This document shows positions 26,301 to 46,735 of a stretch of 64,000 nt of DNA, piece by piece. Below the pieces are notes generated by a model. That model saw only the letters and a list, made by a program, of their open reading frames with translations. It had not been told where the DNA came from and ran no database searches. Within the stretch, counting starts at the first letter, position 1; the number at the start of each line of letters is the position of its first letter. Made by a program: the position numbers and the translations under genes. Where the stretch lies: contig CM114271.1 of the NCBI GenBank assembly GCA_050084515.1, positions 18,910,001-18,974,000 of the forward strand, given 5' to 3'. The DNA is from Blasia pusilla. Taxonomy: Eukaryota.

Positions 26301-27450
26301 CCTGAATTCGCACTGCTCTCGGAAAGATGGAAACATGGCAGGAAGGGTTCCACACGGAAGACCATCCAGCTCGAGCCACCGATCGCTTCGAGATACCTGC
26401 TCGGGCTTGCGCTATTTTTGCGCGTGCTATTTAGAGCCCGGTCTATATGGAGAAGCCCATCGGAGCTCTGCGAAAAGAAACGGCGTGGAATTGCCTCCCA
26501 CGGCGCAGCAACGACATGAAAAGACGCTGACGTACTGCTTCGCCAGCGCCTGCCTCCGAGCATGTCTCGGAGTTCTTCTTGCATGGCTGTGCTGGCTGGC
26601 TGGTAGGATAACTGGAGTCGGGTGAATCACCGCACGCTGAATCCGAGCTCGGGCGTGGCCTAAGCCGCCGATCTTCTGGAAGGTCGGTAGTCGGTCAATC
26701 GTGTAAGAGACTCGGACCGAAGGGGAACCGCAAATCGCACGTCCTTTCAACGGGAAATATAGATTCACCGACGAATTGACGCATTCTCCTGCAGCTTGGG
26801 CATTCCTGGAAACGGAAGATCGCCGGGGAAGGAAAGCGAACGGAGACAGTGAAGAAACTTGAGTGGGAGTCCGATGGAACCGGTGGGGCCGCGGGACTTT
26901 TCGGCGTTCTCGCATGGCTGGCTGGCGGGACGATTTCTGGGCTCGGCAGCTGAGCTTCGTAGGCGTGGTAGGAACGGAGAAGGCTCAGGAAACGGGCGTA
27001 CAGGAGGAGAATGAAGTACAGAGACAGACAAGGAGACTGGGAAAGGGCCGAATTGGAGTGGTGTGCGCTGTGCACTTCGGTGGGCCTGGGGAAGGGGCCC
27101 GGGAGTCGCACCAGCTTCTGAGGAGGAGGGTGACGATGCTCGAGAATGAGAACGAGAAAGTGTTGGCAAGCACAGCGCAATGCCATAGAAATTCCGAGCG
27201 TATTTCCATGTGCATGGAGAGGGTGAAGAGGGGCAAATGAGACACATTTCCCCCACCTCATTCGAGCACGCACGAATCACGTGGTGCCGGCAGCATCTAT
27301 CCTCAATCCACTGTCTTCCGTATCGCCTCTAGGTTCCTTGTCATCCATCCGCAGCGGGGCCCAACATCGCTTCTATTCTACATCTGTCCTACCACATCGT
27401 CCCCTACCCTCTCAGTTTGACAGTAGTGAATTCGGGCCCATCACCACTCC

Positions 27451-27902
27451 ACTCCAATTCCCAATGCTTTCTACTACCATCGCACCCTCTACCGTCTTGG
27501 GAAGGCTATGATTTCAGAACTCTTGGCCAACTCCACGGACTTTACTCCAATTCCCCATAAATTCTACGACATCCTCATTTCAGGACCCAACTGCACCGGA
27601 CTCCAATTCCCCATGGGTTCTACCACATCGTCAATTCAGGTTCCAACTAAACTCGACTCCGATTCCCCATGTGTTCCACCACGTCGTCGTCATTTCAGGA
27701 TCCAACTCCACTCTACTCCAATTCCCCATGTTGTACCATATCGTCATTTCAGGATCCGACTCCACTGGACTCCGATTCCCCATGACATGAGTTCTACGAC
27801 ATCGCCCCCCTATATCTCAGGAAGCCAGGCAGTTGTGATTCCACTGCACTACACTAAACTACGCTCCACTGCACCGCCATTCCCTATGAGTTGTACCACA
27901 TC
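27451..27902. repeat. ~56-bp minisatellite (5 good units plus degenerate flanking units)
   Basis: Unit is approximately ACTCCAATTCCCCATG..TTCTACCACATCGTCATTTCAGGATCCAACTCCA. Units start at 27451 (degenerate), 27544, 27600, 27656, 27715 and 27769. Confidence 0.85.
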
Positions 27903-29586
27903 AAGGAGGTGCTGAGATGAACACCTGCCACCGACCGACGGGGCCAGGTCGAGGTGTGGTCTCCCCTACCCCAGCCATGCTTGACCCTTGGTCCGTGGAG
28001 ATGTTCCCTACCCCGGGAGGTAAGACGTGAATCCGGGCTATGCTCTTAGGTCCGTGGTGAGGAACCATCCAGAACTTCAAAAAAGTATTCTTCGTGGAGA
28101 GGGTCGAGCGTAGAAGTTCGAAATCTGGTTTGGAGTGGCGCACCAATGGAGGAGATAGGAAAAATATATATATATACTTATTTATTTATATTGTTTCTCT
28201 TCGGTGGCTTCTTCTCCCCTGCCTTGAACCTCGAAATCTGGTCGTATCGAGTGGCATAGGATAGACATGGCAGCCGCCCCATACGAAAATGCATTTCCCA
28301 AGGTACACACCCACAACAGGTTTCCCAAGGCACACATCACACATGGATTTCCCGTGCACTAGAAAACGAAATCAAGCGATCGAATTCTCTTTGTTACCAC
28401 TGATCAAACTCTGAAAGAAAGAAATCGATCAATCACTCTCTCTCTCTCTCTCTCTCTACCTAAGATCCACCCGGTTCCATTCTAGTGCATGCTGTCTTGC
28501 TAGTTGGATGCCAGTTTGCTGTCCCTCGAATTCCACGGCGGGAGCAGTGCAGCTGGCGAGCGTTCCAGGTTTGACAATGTCCTTCCGGGACTTTTCATGG
28601 GCACCTCCTATCTGAGATTTGGCTTTATATGACAACTGGGGAGGCGGAAGCGACGGACTGAGTGATTGACTGACTGATGGACTGACTGACTGACTGACTG
28701 TGTTGCTGAACAGACGTCGTAAAGATGAATCGCACCACTTTCTCCTTCTTGTAGTTCAATTGGCGTTTCGGCGACAGGGAGTTGGAATTGACGTGTGGGA
28801 AAAAGAAGACGAGAATCCAGGACCTAGATTACACGACTTACCGGCCGCATTGCACATCACATAACTGGTACCATGATTACTTTTGATAACCTCTTCGTCC
28901 ACTCGGAATCACGCCATTGACGTAGCTCGGACGGCCGTTATGTTTTCTGATATGGGCTGGCTTTCGAAGAATCTGATGGGAAACTTGCGGGTAGTCCTAC
29001 CGACAAATGGATTGATGGGTGCTCTGAGTACGTGGAGATTTTTCGATCCAGAGGTTGGACAGAGCAGTTAGTTACGCTCGGGCCAATTAAATGCCGTGTG
29101 AGACACCTTCACTCATAAATCCGTCTAGGGATCAGTTGCTTCACTGTCAACGACCTGCGCCGTAAGGTAAAATCGCTCGCCATGGATTGTTGTAACTACG
29201 TCGTGCGGCCAACTGATTACTGGAAAGCTGACTGAGACTGGGAGGGCAGATCGAGACACGGGCCGCAACATGGAAACATGGGAACAAACTGCTCTCTCTG
29301 CGCGAGGATTTGGAAGGCAAGATAATGCTATCAACTGCTCTACTACAGTACAGGGCAACCATATGGTGTCATCATGCAGGTAGGCTATGGCGATTGTCGT
29401 TCATGCTGAGTTGTCCGGACATCGCAACCTCGGCTCTAGGATGTCGAGCCAAGGTACTAGAGATTCTGGGGGCCCACTCTTCTTCTCTTCTCCTCTCTCT
29501 CTCTCTCTCTAGTACTTCCTGTTCCGTCGGGGCGGGGAACCCCCTTCGATTGTGCATCGACTACAAAACAGTAACAGACAACACAT

Positions 29587-29594
29587 AGAGAGAC

Positions 29595-29632
<38 letters not shown>

Positions 29633-29676
29633 ACACACACACACACAGAGAGAGAGAAAGAGAGAGAGAGAGAGAG
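29587..29676. repeat. Compound microsatellite (GA)n(CA)n(GA)n
   Basis: Directly visible. Other CT/GA tracts lie at ~11631-11653, ~25882-25903, ~28435-28457 and ~29493-29510. Confidence 0.9.
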
Positions 29677-30012
29677 GGAGGGACCGGTCACGGGGTTCGG
29701 GACGGAGAGAGAGAACGCAAAAGGCCATTTTCCTCGAGACCAGACAGAGCAGAGATGTGTGCGAGGACGAAAAAACAATCGACAAGTCAACAGTACAATC
29801 CGGTAGAGCGGCACCACGTGGGGGCTTGTCTTCTCGTGAAGGGAGGTCGAGGGCATTAGGCCTGAACCAGAAAGAAAGAACCAGTAGGTGCGCCGTACTA
29901 CCACTACGCTGCCACTGGTGTTGAAGCACGCTGTCACCCAACTTCATCGTCGGCCCACTCCGGCCACTCGTCCGGTCGTGTCGTTGGGAATCACTCTCTC
30001 CCTCACTCACTC

Positions 30013-30192
30013 ATCGCGCCACAACTCATCTCTGATGGTCCCGAAATGCACAATGTAATCGCGCCAGAATTCATTCCCGATGATCTGAAATGCGCAGAAT
30101 AATCGCACCAGAATTTCATCTCCGATGCCTCTGACACACACAACGCGATCGCGCCAGAATTCATCTCTTACGATTCCGAAACGCACAACGTT
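30013..30192. repeat. ~45-bp minisatellite, 4 units
   Basis: Unit is approximately ATCGCGCCAGAATTCATCTCCGATGATCCGAAATGCACAA. Units start at 30013, 30058, 30102 and 30148. Confidence 0.85.
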
Positions 30193-33100
30193 ACGCGGCG
30201 CGGTGGATGCAAAGCGATCGCGCTCCGTCCCGCCGTCGTCCGGGCACCACCACGAGCTCCCTGCCTGCCTGCCTGCCAGCAGCAGCAGTGGGGTCCCGGA
30301 ACCTGCGGTGATCGTCACTAAACAACTCTCTGCAGATCTCTGCGGCTACGACATGTCACCGCACGCCACAACCCCAGCCGGCTACTGCAGCCTCATGCGT
30401 CCGTCTCTCTGTCTCCGACTGGGCAACAACAGAAAGCCGTCAGGAACGGGAGTCGGGGCACTCGGAAGCGCGCAGAGACAACAATAATGAATCCGCTTTA
30501 ACTCGTCTCACTCACTGCTGCGGCTGCCTGAGCCACGCACGCAAGCAAGCTCCCATGCGGAGGGCAACCACCACCAGGACCGTAGGCAACAAAAGCGAGG
30601 ACTGTAGTAATCCTCGAGGTTTGTTTGATGCAGGGCGGATCGGCACCTCTGGTCGTAGTTGAGATCGATTGGTCGCTTCGGGGAAGTCGAGCAACTGCGG
30701 GGAGGGGTGGGAGATTATGCCGTTACTTTCGCTCATCATGGTGTGTCGCTTTGGCGGCGTGGTGCCTCCGAGTCGTGCGTCACGAGGACCCTCATGAGGT
30801 AGGAGAGAAGGGAAATTCGTATTCAAATACAAGTAACGTCCGTCAAAGTTCGAGGCCCCGGGATGAAGAGCACATGACATCCGAGTTTTTCGCGAGACTG
30901 TTCTTTGTACGCCATGCTTGCGCGCTCACTTCAGACTGGAGCTAATTAGTATCGGCTGCAATATCGATATTCCCTCGCTCCCACTCCCTCAGGCGCCGTC
31001 CACGTCTCTCCATCTGGACAATAAATCAGCTGATTCAATCACTCTGTCTCATTCCCACCCTCGAGATGCGAGCGTTGAGGGGAATAGTATATAGAATATT
31101 TGTGGCTTTGCTAAATCAACAGGGAGTTAGGCAGTAGCTGTTTCATGATCCCTCGCAATCCCAAGTACCTCTTCAATTCCCTTGGAAAATGAGCTCTCGA
31201 AGCTGATTCTATTGACCACGCTAATATCAAATTTTCTTTTCGCACGGATCTTTTTACCTCTACATGACGATGAACTTGTGCAGAAAGCACAGGATCTATG
31301 AGAGCAAGGTAAGGCGGTGGCATCCACTACTTTTATGAAGAGCAAAGGGTCGCCCGCAAAATGAACTGTAGATCTAGAACGGAGTCCGTAATTTGCCGGA
31401 GGAATGAGGGCGTCCGTTAAGGGGTCAAATGTCTACAGTGGTAGAAAACTGTTTTCCGAAGGTGGCTGGTACGCTTTCCGTAACCAACATATATCTCTCG
31501 AATTCAATTCCTTTCAATTGTCACAAAACATGCGCCCCCTCCCCTCGCGAGTCAAGTGCCTACAGTGCGGCTATAGTATCCTTTCTAGAAAATCTTGACA
31601 CTTTTCATGATCAACACAGTGAGGAGGCCACGCTCGCACCCACGTGCATAATATGCCCTGCTCACGAAATTTGTCACGAGGACGATGACGCGGTCTCCAA
31701 TCGCGACTCTAAGCGGTTACCGGAGGATGCGCACTATCGCTTTCTCGCTGCTCTTCGGAGAATCAATCCTTTACTCGTGGCTCGCTTCCCCAAACACATG
31801 ACCTGATGCATCATATATTAGTGGGGGTGATGCATCCCCTTCCCCTCCATTTCACCGCTTCGAGTATCGCGTTATCCAACTTTACCTCCGTCATTAAAGC
31901 TGGGCTCCCGAGCTCGAGCTCCCTGAGCTAAGCTTCCTCGCAGCCGATTGACCGATTTGTAGTGGCTATGTGGGCAGCAGCAGCAGATGCTTTTCGCACT
32001 TCTGTTGGGCTGACACACGACGCGCGCCGGAGCAGCCCACGTTCAAACTATTCCGTTCCATTCTCCGCACGCAAATTTCAAAAGTGTGCAGCCCCACCTC
32101 GAAATCTCTGACGTCTCTTTAGAGTGAAGCGGGCGGGCCCTAGAGCATGAAGTGTTGGCCCGAGCGCAACCAGCTGACGCTCCATGGCCGCGAACATTCA
32201 TTCCCACTTTCGCACACCTCCTCCCACCTTCTCTAAACACTGTCCAGGCTACGTCTGTACCATGTGAGTTCCACTATTCATCTCTATCGCCCGATTTGCC
32301 TGTCCGCTCGCCTGATCGGCTCGGCTGACGCAACTTTGATGTAACAACCATCCAATTATGTTCATCTCTCGTGCCTCGATTTGTGTCGATTTTTGGCTCC
32401 CAATCCCCGACCTTGTCCATGCCGAATTCGCGTCCAGCATATGTCAACGCTTCTTTCTCGCTGTTGTGATGTCACGCGCACAGACTATTCGCTCCCAGAT
32501 GAATTTCATGCCTCGCTCTTGCGTCTCGAAAGTTTTGGACACGAAGTTACAAACCCGCCCGCCAGCCCGCCCGCGACTGTAGGCTTGAAATGGGCTTCGG
32601 ATCGGCGATGTCGACAGAGCGTCTATGGAGCGCGAGTCCCGCTCGTCAACCCTCTAGTCTCCTGCCATAAATGTAAAAAACCCATGCAGTTCGTTTAATC
32701 TACACTGCATGGTCCCGTGAATGTAAGACTCCCCTCGCCATCGCAGAGCTCGGTACGGCGTCTCTTCCCTTGGTCGAGGCTGGTTCACCACGCACGCTTT
32801 CTCGACCACCCGGCGGAATCCAATCATTCATCCGATCCCTTCGGCCGTATGCCGACCTTCGCCATCGTGAGATCCGTGCTCCTCCAACTCCGCTGAGTCC
32901 GCTCCATGTCCCAAAGCCGCAACCGAGTGAGTCGATTACCTACGGTTCCGCGTTCCGGTTTGCAGAAATCGGCCAAGGAAAGCGGATCCATGGTCGGATC
33001 AACAGCCTTCCTGCGACCTCGGAGACTTGCGGGCCGGCACGCAAGAGACGGGAAAGTGAATAGACATTACCGACTTTTCAACGTCGAGGAGACCGACAGA

Positions 33101-34628
33101 CATGCGACAGGAAACAGCGAAGTGTGCCTCGGAAAACCACAGCAAACTGCGAAGAGTCTGGAGTTTCATTAGTGAGTCTACCCATCCAATCAGCAGACCC
33201 GGAGACGGCTTCGTGCACTCCGGTGTCCAACAAACGACGCACAACGGCGTAGGGTTGACGATATCCGTCTTCCTAGCCGTGCACTGACAGAAGGCTATCG
33301 CTCGCGAGTACTACCGACGCTCTCGCTTCATCGTTGGTCGGAGTGGCCCCTTCTTTCCGCCGACCCTTTCGCGGTCGTGTACTGTATGTTCGACAAGCGG
33401 CGAGGGCCGGTGCAAGGCTCCATGACGGTCCTTCAGCGAACAGGCTCTCCTTCGAACTCTAGTTTTTCTTGGCGTCGACTACGGCTGGAACCGAAGAACC
33501 GATGACTTCGGAACAAGTGATACAGTTGGGAGAGAGGATTTGGGAGACAGCCGAATGAACTAATCCGAGGAGAAGGCGGCGGATGATGATGGTAAGTGAT
33601 CGCATCCCGGGAGGGGAGGATGACAGAAATGGATAAATCGAATTTCTCATGGGAAGATCGCTGAAGATACCTCTCCAATAAACAGCCAATCAATCACGCA
33701 GCAGGCCAGACTAGCGTCTGTATCTCAGGAGGATGATCGAGTTTAAATAGCCGACGATTGTAATGAGGACAACGAGAAAACGGCATGAGACGAGACCAAT
33801 TATATATTTCCCTTCAAAATCCAATACCCTAGTCCTGCTTCTGAAAATACTCCACAGAGAACTTGCACTACCCCAAACGCTTACCCACGTGAGCTCCAGT
33901 GAGGTCCAAGCTCCGAAGGTGAGATAGCTTGAAACCTCTCCGAGGCATTCCTTTGCGATACAAACAGTATCTTCCCGCTGAAAGATCAATACTGCATATC
34001 CTGACTTTCTCCCTCCAAAAGCCTGGGAAATTCTTTTGCAGCTTGGTGAATCCTCCTAGTGACACCGTATTCTCTGCAAAATAATTATATCTATACAAGC
34101 AGCTATGCCATTCCCGAGGTAAACTGCAATTCCAGAATGCAAGTTAATATCGTACAAGAAAAGGCGAGCTCGGTCGCTTGTTGAACTTGGAGTGGGTCAG
34201 AGAGGAGTGCCAACTCCCTCTCTGACCAACTCCAATAGGAAACGAATATATGGCAACCACCCGCTTTGAGACCCAAGAAATGCCATCCGCTCTATATCCA
34301 GGGACCTCCTTCACGATCAATGTACAGATGAAGCCCCGGTGTGGCATGAACACTGCATTATTAAAAAAAGTGTTTCAAAAAAACCCAGAGCTCTCAAATT
34401 GAAAAGTAACTTCACGACTTAAAACTATGGCAAGAACTTTTACAGTATCTACAGCCTGATCGATATGCACTCCTTGGCTGGAACACCAGAAAAGCCTAGC
34501 GAGTTGTCTTGACAAACCGTACAGGGACTCCAAAAAATCACGAGACAAAGACGAATTCTTTCACATATCCAGGTGAATTGAAAGTTTGTACCTGTTTGAA
34601 TTAATAGCGTTGATATACACCGACTGCT

Positions 34629-41528
<6,900 letters not shown>

Positions 41529-42449
41529 CTTCGGGACAAATACACAACAACGATGCTTTCGACTTGTCTCCACAAAGGTCGATACTTACAGCAATTCAAG
41601 GCAAAACCGTCAGCTAATCACGCAGGTTAGCATAATGCTTCTCAACTTCGCATTATCCGTCACTTTACAACAAGATCAAAGCAGCTTTGCCATCTGCGAA
41701 TTACGAAAATTCGCTCTCTCTGCTGCAAGATTCCAACACCTACGGAATTCTCGTTTCCGCTCCTTCAGGCAACTGTTTACTCTCGCGTCTCCATCGCCAT
41801 GTCCTCAAAACCCTAAACCCTTTCAGAACTTTACCTGTAAAAGCTTTGCCTCACGACCACCACAATACGTCAATCACATGTCAGCCTACTCCCCTCACCG
41901 GCTCATCCCGCTGCCACGCCCGCGGGTCCACAATCCTCGTCCTCTTCAAGCTATCTCCCTCCCATCTTTCGTTCCCTTACAGCAGCCCTAAAGCTTTTCC
42001 ACTCTCGCTTCCCACCTTCCTCCGTCTGGCTCTCAATTCTCAACACTCGCCCGCATCAAATCCCATCCACATCAGTGTCCGCACCACCTGCTTCCCTCAT
42101 CACCAAACAATTGAAGTGCCATCCCACCCTCTGCAAAATTCTGCACTGCTGTCCTCGCATATCACAGACTCTACCAGCATCAAATCATAGGATCAAGTGC
42201 ATTATTTCCGGCCCGCTCAGACCACCGCCTCGAAAACGGTGGCGGTGCACAGAAATCCTCCCTCGAATTGACTCGAAGACCACATACCCCTCTCTCATCG
42301 GTTCCAGAGTCAACCTTACTGCCACAAGCCGTGCCTCGAGATTGGACTAGAGCGACCGACGGGTGACGCCATGCTTCTGGCCGGGACGCGACGGGCGGGT
42401 CGGTTCCGCCGAAGCTTTCCCAGGGTCCAACTCTCCAGGGGAACTAACT

Positions 42450-42640
42450 GATGACGTGGACTCGTCCTCTCTGATGTGGCGGACAACACTGCAAGAAGAC
42501 GCTGACTCTACGCACTCCTTCCTCAGCCCGAAGACTGACCACGACCACTAGGACTCACCCACGAGGACTCATCCTCCTTACGTGGCCGGACCTACAAGTT
42601 ATGATAATGACGAGGCACCCACAGCAGGCAGCTACGTCAT
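42450..42640 (-). promoter_or_regulatory. ACGT-core (G-box/ABRE-like) elements upstream of ftsH
   Basis: TGACGTGG near 42452, TACGTGGC near 42579 and TACGTCA near 42633, about 0.9-1.1 kb upstream of the ftsH ATG. Confidence 0.3.
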
Positions 42641-43544
42641 TCGCTTCCTTACCACGGTAAAGAGGTTTTCGTCCGAATATCTTCTGCTTCTTACATCTTC
42701 CGAAATTAGTCAACAAACTAATTAATAATTGAACCAAAGTAAACTAAATACCCCTAGTCTTCCCCATTCGCTGGAATCCTCCCCAAAAGGCGCTCGCGTA
42801 CCGCAGAACAGGGAAAGGTGAAACCGGGGATTCCATGCAAACGACGTGCTATTTTTGGCCGTCGGATCCCGCATTCGGATCCACATGCTAAGGTGGTGTA
42901 ACCACAGTAAGGGACCCGGCCCCCACAAATAAAAGGCAACCGCGAACTCGAGTTTGCCCCCTCCAGGACGGGATCCACTCACCGTGGTGCAAGGGTCCCA
43001 CTCATTTGGCGTTTAGCGAGTGAAAGAATGGCTTAAAATGAGCGTGAGAAAATCTCTTTTCTTTTGGATGCGGATAAGGGGACTAATGAAAGTTCACGGA
43101 AGAACTATTACAAAAACACCATCATAATCATGTTCATCATGGCTTACCTGTCGCAGTGTTGATATGTATGAAATAGTCCATGCGGCGCGTCAAGTAAATA
43201 AAAGGCACGCGACCGAATAGTCGTCGCACTTTAAGTGCGCAGGTATATTCTAAACTTGACTGGGCGATGAAGATTCATACCACAAGTAATTCTGATCATC
43301 TAAGTCGAGATTTGGAGCTTTAGAAGTCTAAGCTAAAAGATCCCGTAAGGAAAGTCGTAGTAAAGCCCGTCGGGCACTTCATGTAATACTTGCGGGGAAA
43401 TTATAAGTGTTAGCCAATAATAAATATGAAGGCTACACTCCCGTAAAGTAAGAATAAGACTTCTGAGGTTAAAAAGGAAAGAAGATAGAAGGAGGAAGTC
43501 AATTACGGGGAACTGCCGTCCAAAAAGTAACGGTGCCGTTGGAA

Positions 43545-44521
43545 TATTGTGGACAACCAAAGAATCTTGGTAAATATTTGGTCAAGAGAAAATCTCAAGG
43601 AAAGAGGAGAAAAATATTTGAGTAAAATTGACCAAGTAGTGAGAGTGACCAAGGAAGAGGGAAAAAGTCTCTACCATTCAAAGAGAGCCAAATGGCAAAA
43701 GCTCCTTGGAGGTGAATTGGAAGGATAAGTTAGAGAAGACTAAAACGCGTTTTAGAGGAGCAAATGGAAGTCATATGGGGAGATCAAGGACGCGTTGGAA
43801 AGACACGAAGAAGGGCTTTTCACGAGACAAGTTTTGAGAGCGCGATCAGAAACAGAGAGCACGAGAGAAGTTGTCAAGTGAAGGGGGGTCAGAAATCTGC
43901 TGCAGAAAGTTGGAGATGACGTTTTAAATCTTTGTGAGAGTTCTATTTGGGAACGCAAGGAGATTGAGACGCCATTGGAAATCTGGGAAGGTGAGAGTTT
44001 TGTCAGAATTTGAATCACCTCAAGATCATTTCTACAGCTCTCAGAAAAGGAGATTAAGTGCGTGGGGGTGCTGCAGAACAATTGATTGCTGATTGAAACT
44101 GTGTGCAATCAAGAGAGGTCAAGGAGGAGATTGAAGAGAGAAATTGCTGACATCCTGGAGAATCTGGAGACTTGAGGAGATAAGAACAGTGCTTCATTCA
44201 GTTTTCACAGTAATTGTTGTTGGGATTGGAAGAAGAGAGAAAGCAAGGAGTCTGTGAAGCTTGTAGACTGCCGTACGGGTTTGATAGTTGGGTTCTAAAG
44301 CCTTGGGTCTTGGGTTTTGATGATCAGACTAAGTGGTCTTCTTGTTAAGAAAACGGAGCCCTGAATTTTGTATCTCAGAGTTCAGATTTATAGTTGAAAG
44401 TGATTTGAGTGGTGAGTGGCGCGTGGAAAAGTGCTTTATTGCCAAAAGTTTCAATTTTGTCAATAGTGGTCACCTGATTTTGGCGTTTAGTAATATTTTC
44501 CGCGACATTACCACCACAACA
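43545..44521. mobile_element. Solo-LTR-like segment
   Basis: A ~1 kb purine-rich, non-coding block bounded by tattgtgg ... ccacaaca, one mismatch from a TGTTGTGG/CCACAACA inverted end. No target-site duplication found. Confidence 0.3.
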
Positions 44522-46489
44522 AATTACTAATTTCGAGTTGCATTATCATGGTGTAAGACATGGATGACTTGAACTATCCAATGCTAGTTAGCATGCCCGT
44601 CCTTGGTGCATGAAAATGATTTTTTATATAAGTAGTTTTTATATATTTAAATATAATTTTCACTTTGTTAAACCTTAGAAGAATAATATTAATTAATTTT
44701 TAAATAATACCCAATTCCATTGAATAATTTCACTCCTCCCTACAAACTTGAACAATACTTACTTTTCCACTCTTCCAACCAAAATAACATCCACTAATTA
44801 AATTTTTACGTGATTTTAATTTAATAAAATCATTCCCCTCTCCCATTCAAATCTATTTTATTTTCTCAAATATAAAATATAAATAAAATGACTATTTTTA
44901 TAATAATAGTTTTTTTTCATTTCAAAATTTAAATCTAATTTCTATTTTCTTAAATCTTAGAAGAATATTAACATTCCACAGTTCTAAGTAATTCCACTCC
45001 TCAATCTATACTATAACTTGAGGAGGGGGGGTTATCTCTTTTGATACTTTTCTTAATGAAAGAAGTGAAGCCCTCCTTGAAAAGGAAGGGCCCTTCTAAA
45101 ATAGTAGGAACACTTATTTCGGAATGACTGGAATGTACATTTGTAAAGAAACTTGGAAAAGTAACATTGCGCCTTTGCTCCCTTCCACACACATTCGTCT
45201 AACTTTGGATAGTTGTGGCCGGCCACTATGTGATTAAATGGGTAGGAATCTATAAGTTAGAGGAGCTATTTGTAGGGACAATGAGCATGTATGTGGAGGA
45301 GTTGCGGACGTATGTGGAGGAGTTGCAAAGCCCGGATGAAAACCTGCCACGTGAGTTACCAAAGGCGCCCTAATGCGGAAGAGCTTAGACAAAGACCTGC
45401 TGAGTTACCAGAGGTGTGCGAGCCTGAGAAGAGCATGGACTAAGTACGTGGGATTTTCTACCAAACCAAACGAAGTTGAGATTATTGTCATGGCGATTTA
45501 CTACAAGTAGAGGGTGAAGTAACTGGTGGAGGTTGGTTGTCAAGGTAAACTAAAAAAAAATTGATCTCTATCATATTTGTTTGTGTTGTATGTTCAATTG
45601 ATCTTACGTCCGCCCGAGAGTCATTTCTCTCCCACCACAAGTAAGCCCTTTTGAGTGGCTATGCTCTATATTTTTTATTGCTCGATCAACTTGCTAGAAA
45701 ATTTGAAGAGGTAGTCGGTTATTTCACTAAACACAAATGCTATACATAGATTCCTACTAGCATCCTCTAGGGCTCTCTTGTACTTTGCGCTAGATCTTTG
45801 AGAAGACCTTGAGTGAGGACTTCAAGACGAATGCAATCCAAGAGTGATTGCATTCGGCTTGAAGTTCTCATATTATCACACACGCATTTCAATTTCTGCA
45901 AGACTCAGAGTTTCGAGTGGCACTCCATGGTTGTGGGCCTTTGCAAGTTCGTGTGCATATTGTGGCAGAATAGTGGGATCACCATACGTACATTGGGGTT
46001 ACAAATCCATCTTTCGATACCGACATGCCTTGAGAAGCCTTGACAAGGTGTTTACGTTGCAAACCTATCTTCTCATTTGCTTGGTATCATGGGAGCGCCA
46101 ATATCCCAATGCTCTATTGTGTGACTAGTGAGGTCATCGCCAGTCAACTATTCCCTCATATTTAGGGTCTTTAGGCTTTGTCACGATCGGATGCACATTC
46201 CTTTACTCACGACTAGGGATGAAGCTTTGTTGAGTTGGACATTGCTTCCACTCCTGCTTAAAGTTCGCTTGAGCTTACCTTTCATGCTGAAAAGTTGGAT
46301 GCGTGCAAGTAACTCCAGATTTTCCGAGAGAAAGTCTTTGGCTTTAGGTACTCCGTCAATGGTAAGGTTGTGTGAAATTGGTCCCTATGCCAACTTCACA
46401 AAAACTCAGAAGTTGCATTACCTTGAGCAATATAGCCATATAAACCGGCGACAACATACATGGATTCTAGCTCGCCATGTGTAGTTTCG

Positions 46490-46735
46490 AAGAGCTTTGT
46501 AAGTCCAAAATAAATTGACCACACAAGCCTCAAACTCTATCTCCAAGAGGAAGTTATTGGACATGACATCTTGGTGTACAATGTGTGGTACGCAGTCATG
46601 ATGCAAGTAAGCAAGCCCCTCCATAGCTCCTACAACGATCTTTTATTGGATGGGCCAATCTAAGATCGATGCGGCCTTGGCGCTGCCTAGGACGTCGCCA
46701 ACACTACTGTTGGGCATGTACTCATAAACAAGCAT
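46490..46735 (-). pseudogene. Decayed fragment of an LRR receptor-like kinase (LRR-XI, HAESA/BAM-like) kinase domain
   Basis: [71 protein letters not shown] covers subdomains V-VII. It has an in-frame TAA (46645-46643), HRDVK changed to HQDVM, and a frameshift at the DFG position. Confidence 0.85.

Noticed and set aside
26863-27240. ORF with LLRRRVTMLENENEKV, resembling a bZIP coil or the DVL/RTFL motif
   Set aside because: It has no basic DNA-binding region and lacks the RTFL Cys/Trp residues. It is explainable as the antisense of a pyrimidine-rich tract.
27451-30192. Tandem arrays as CRISPR-like repeats
   Set aside because: Units are similar along their whole length with no unique spacers, the context is eukaryotic, and there are no cas genes.
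42448-42480. CTGATGA hammerhead-like core
   Set aside because: No matching stem II or GAAA downstream.
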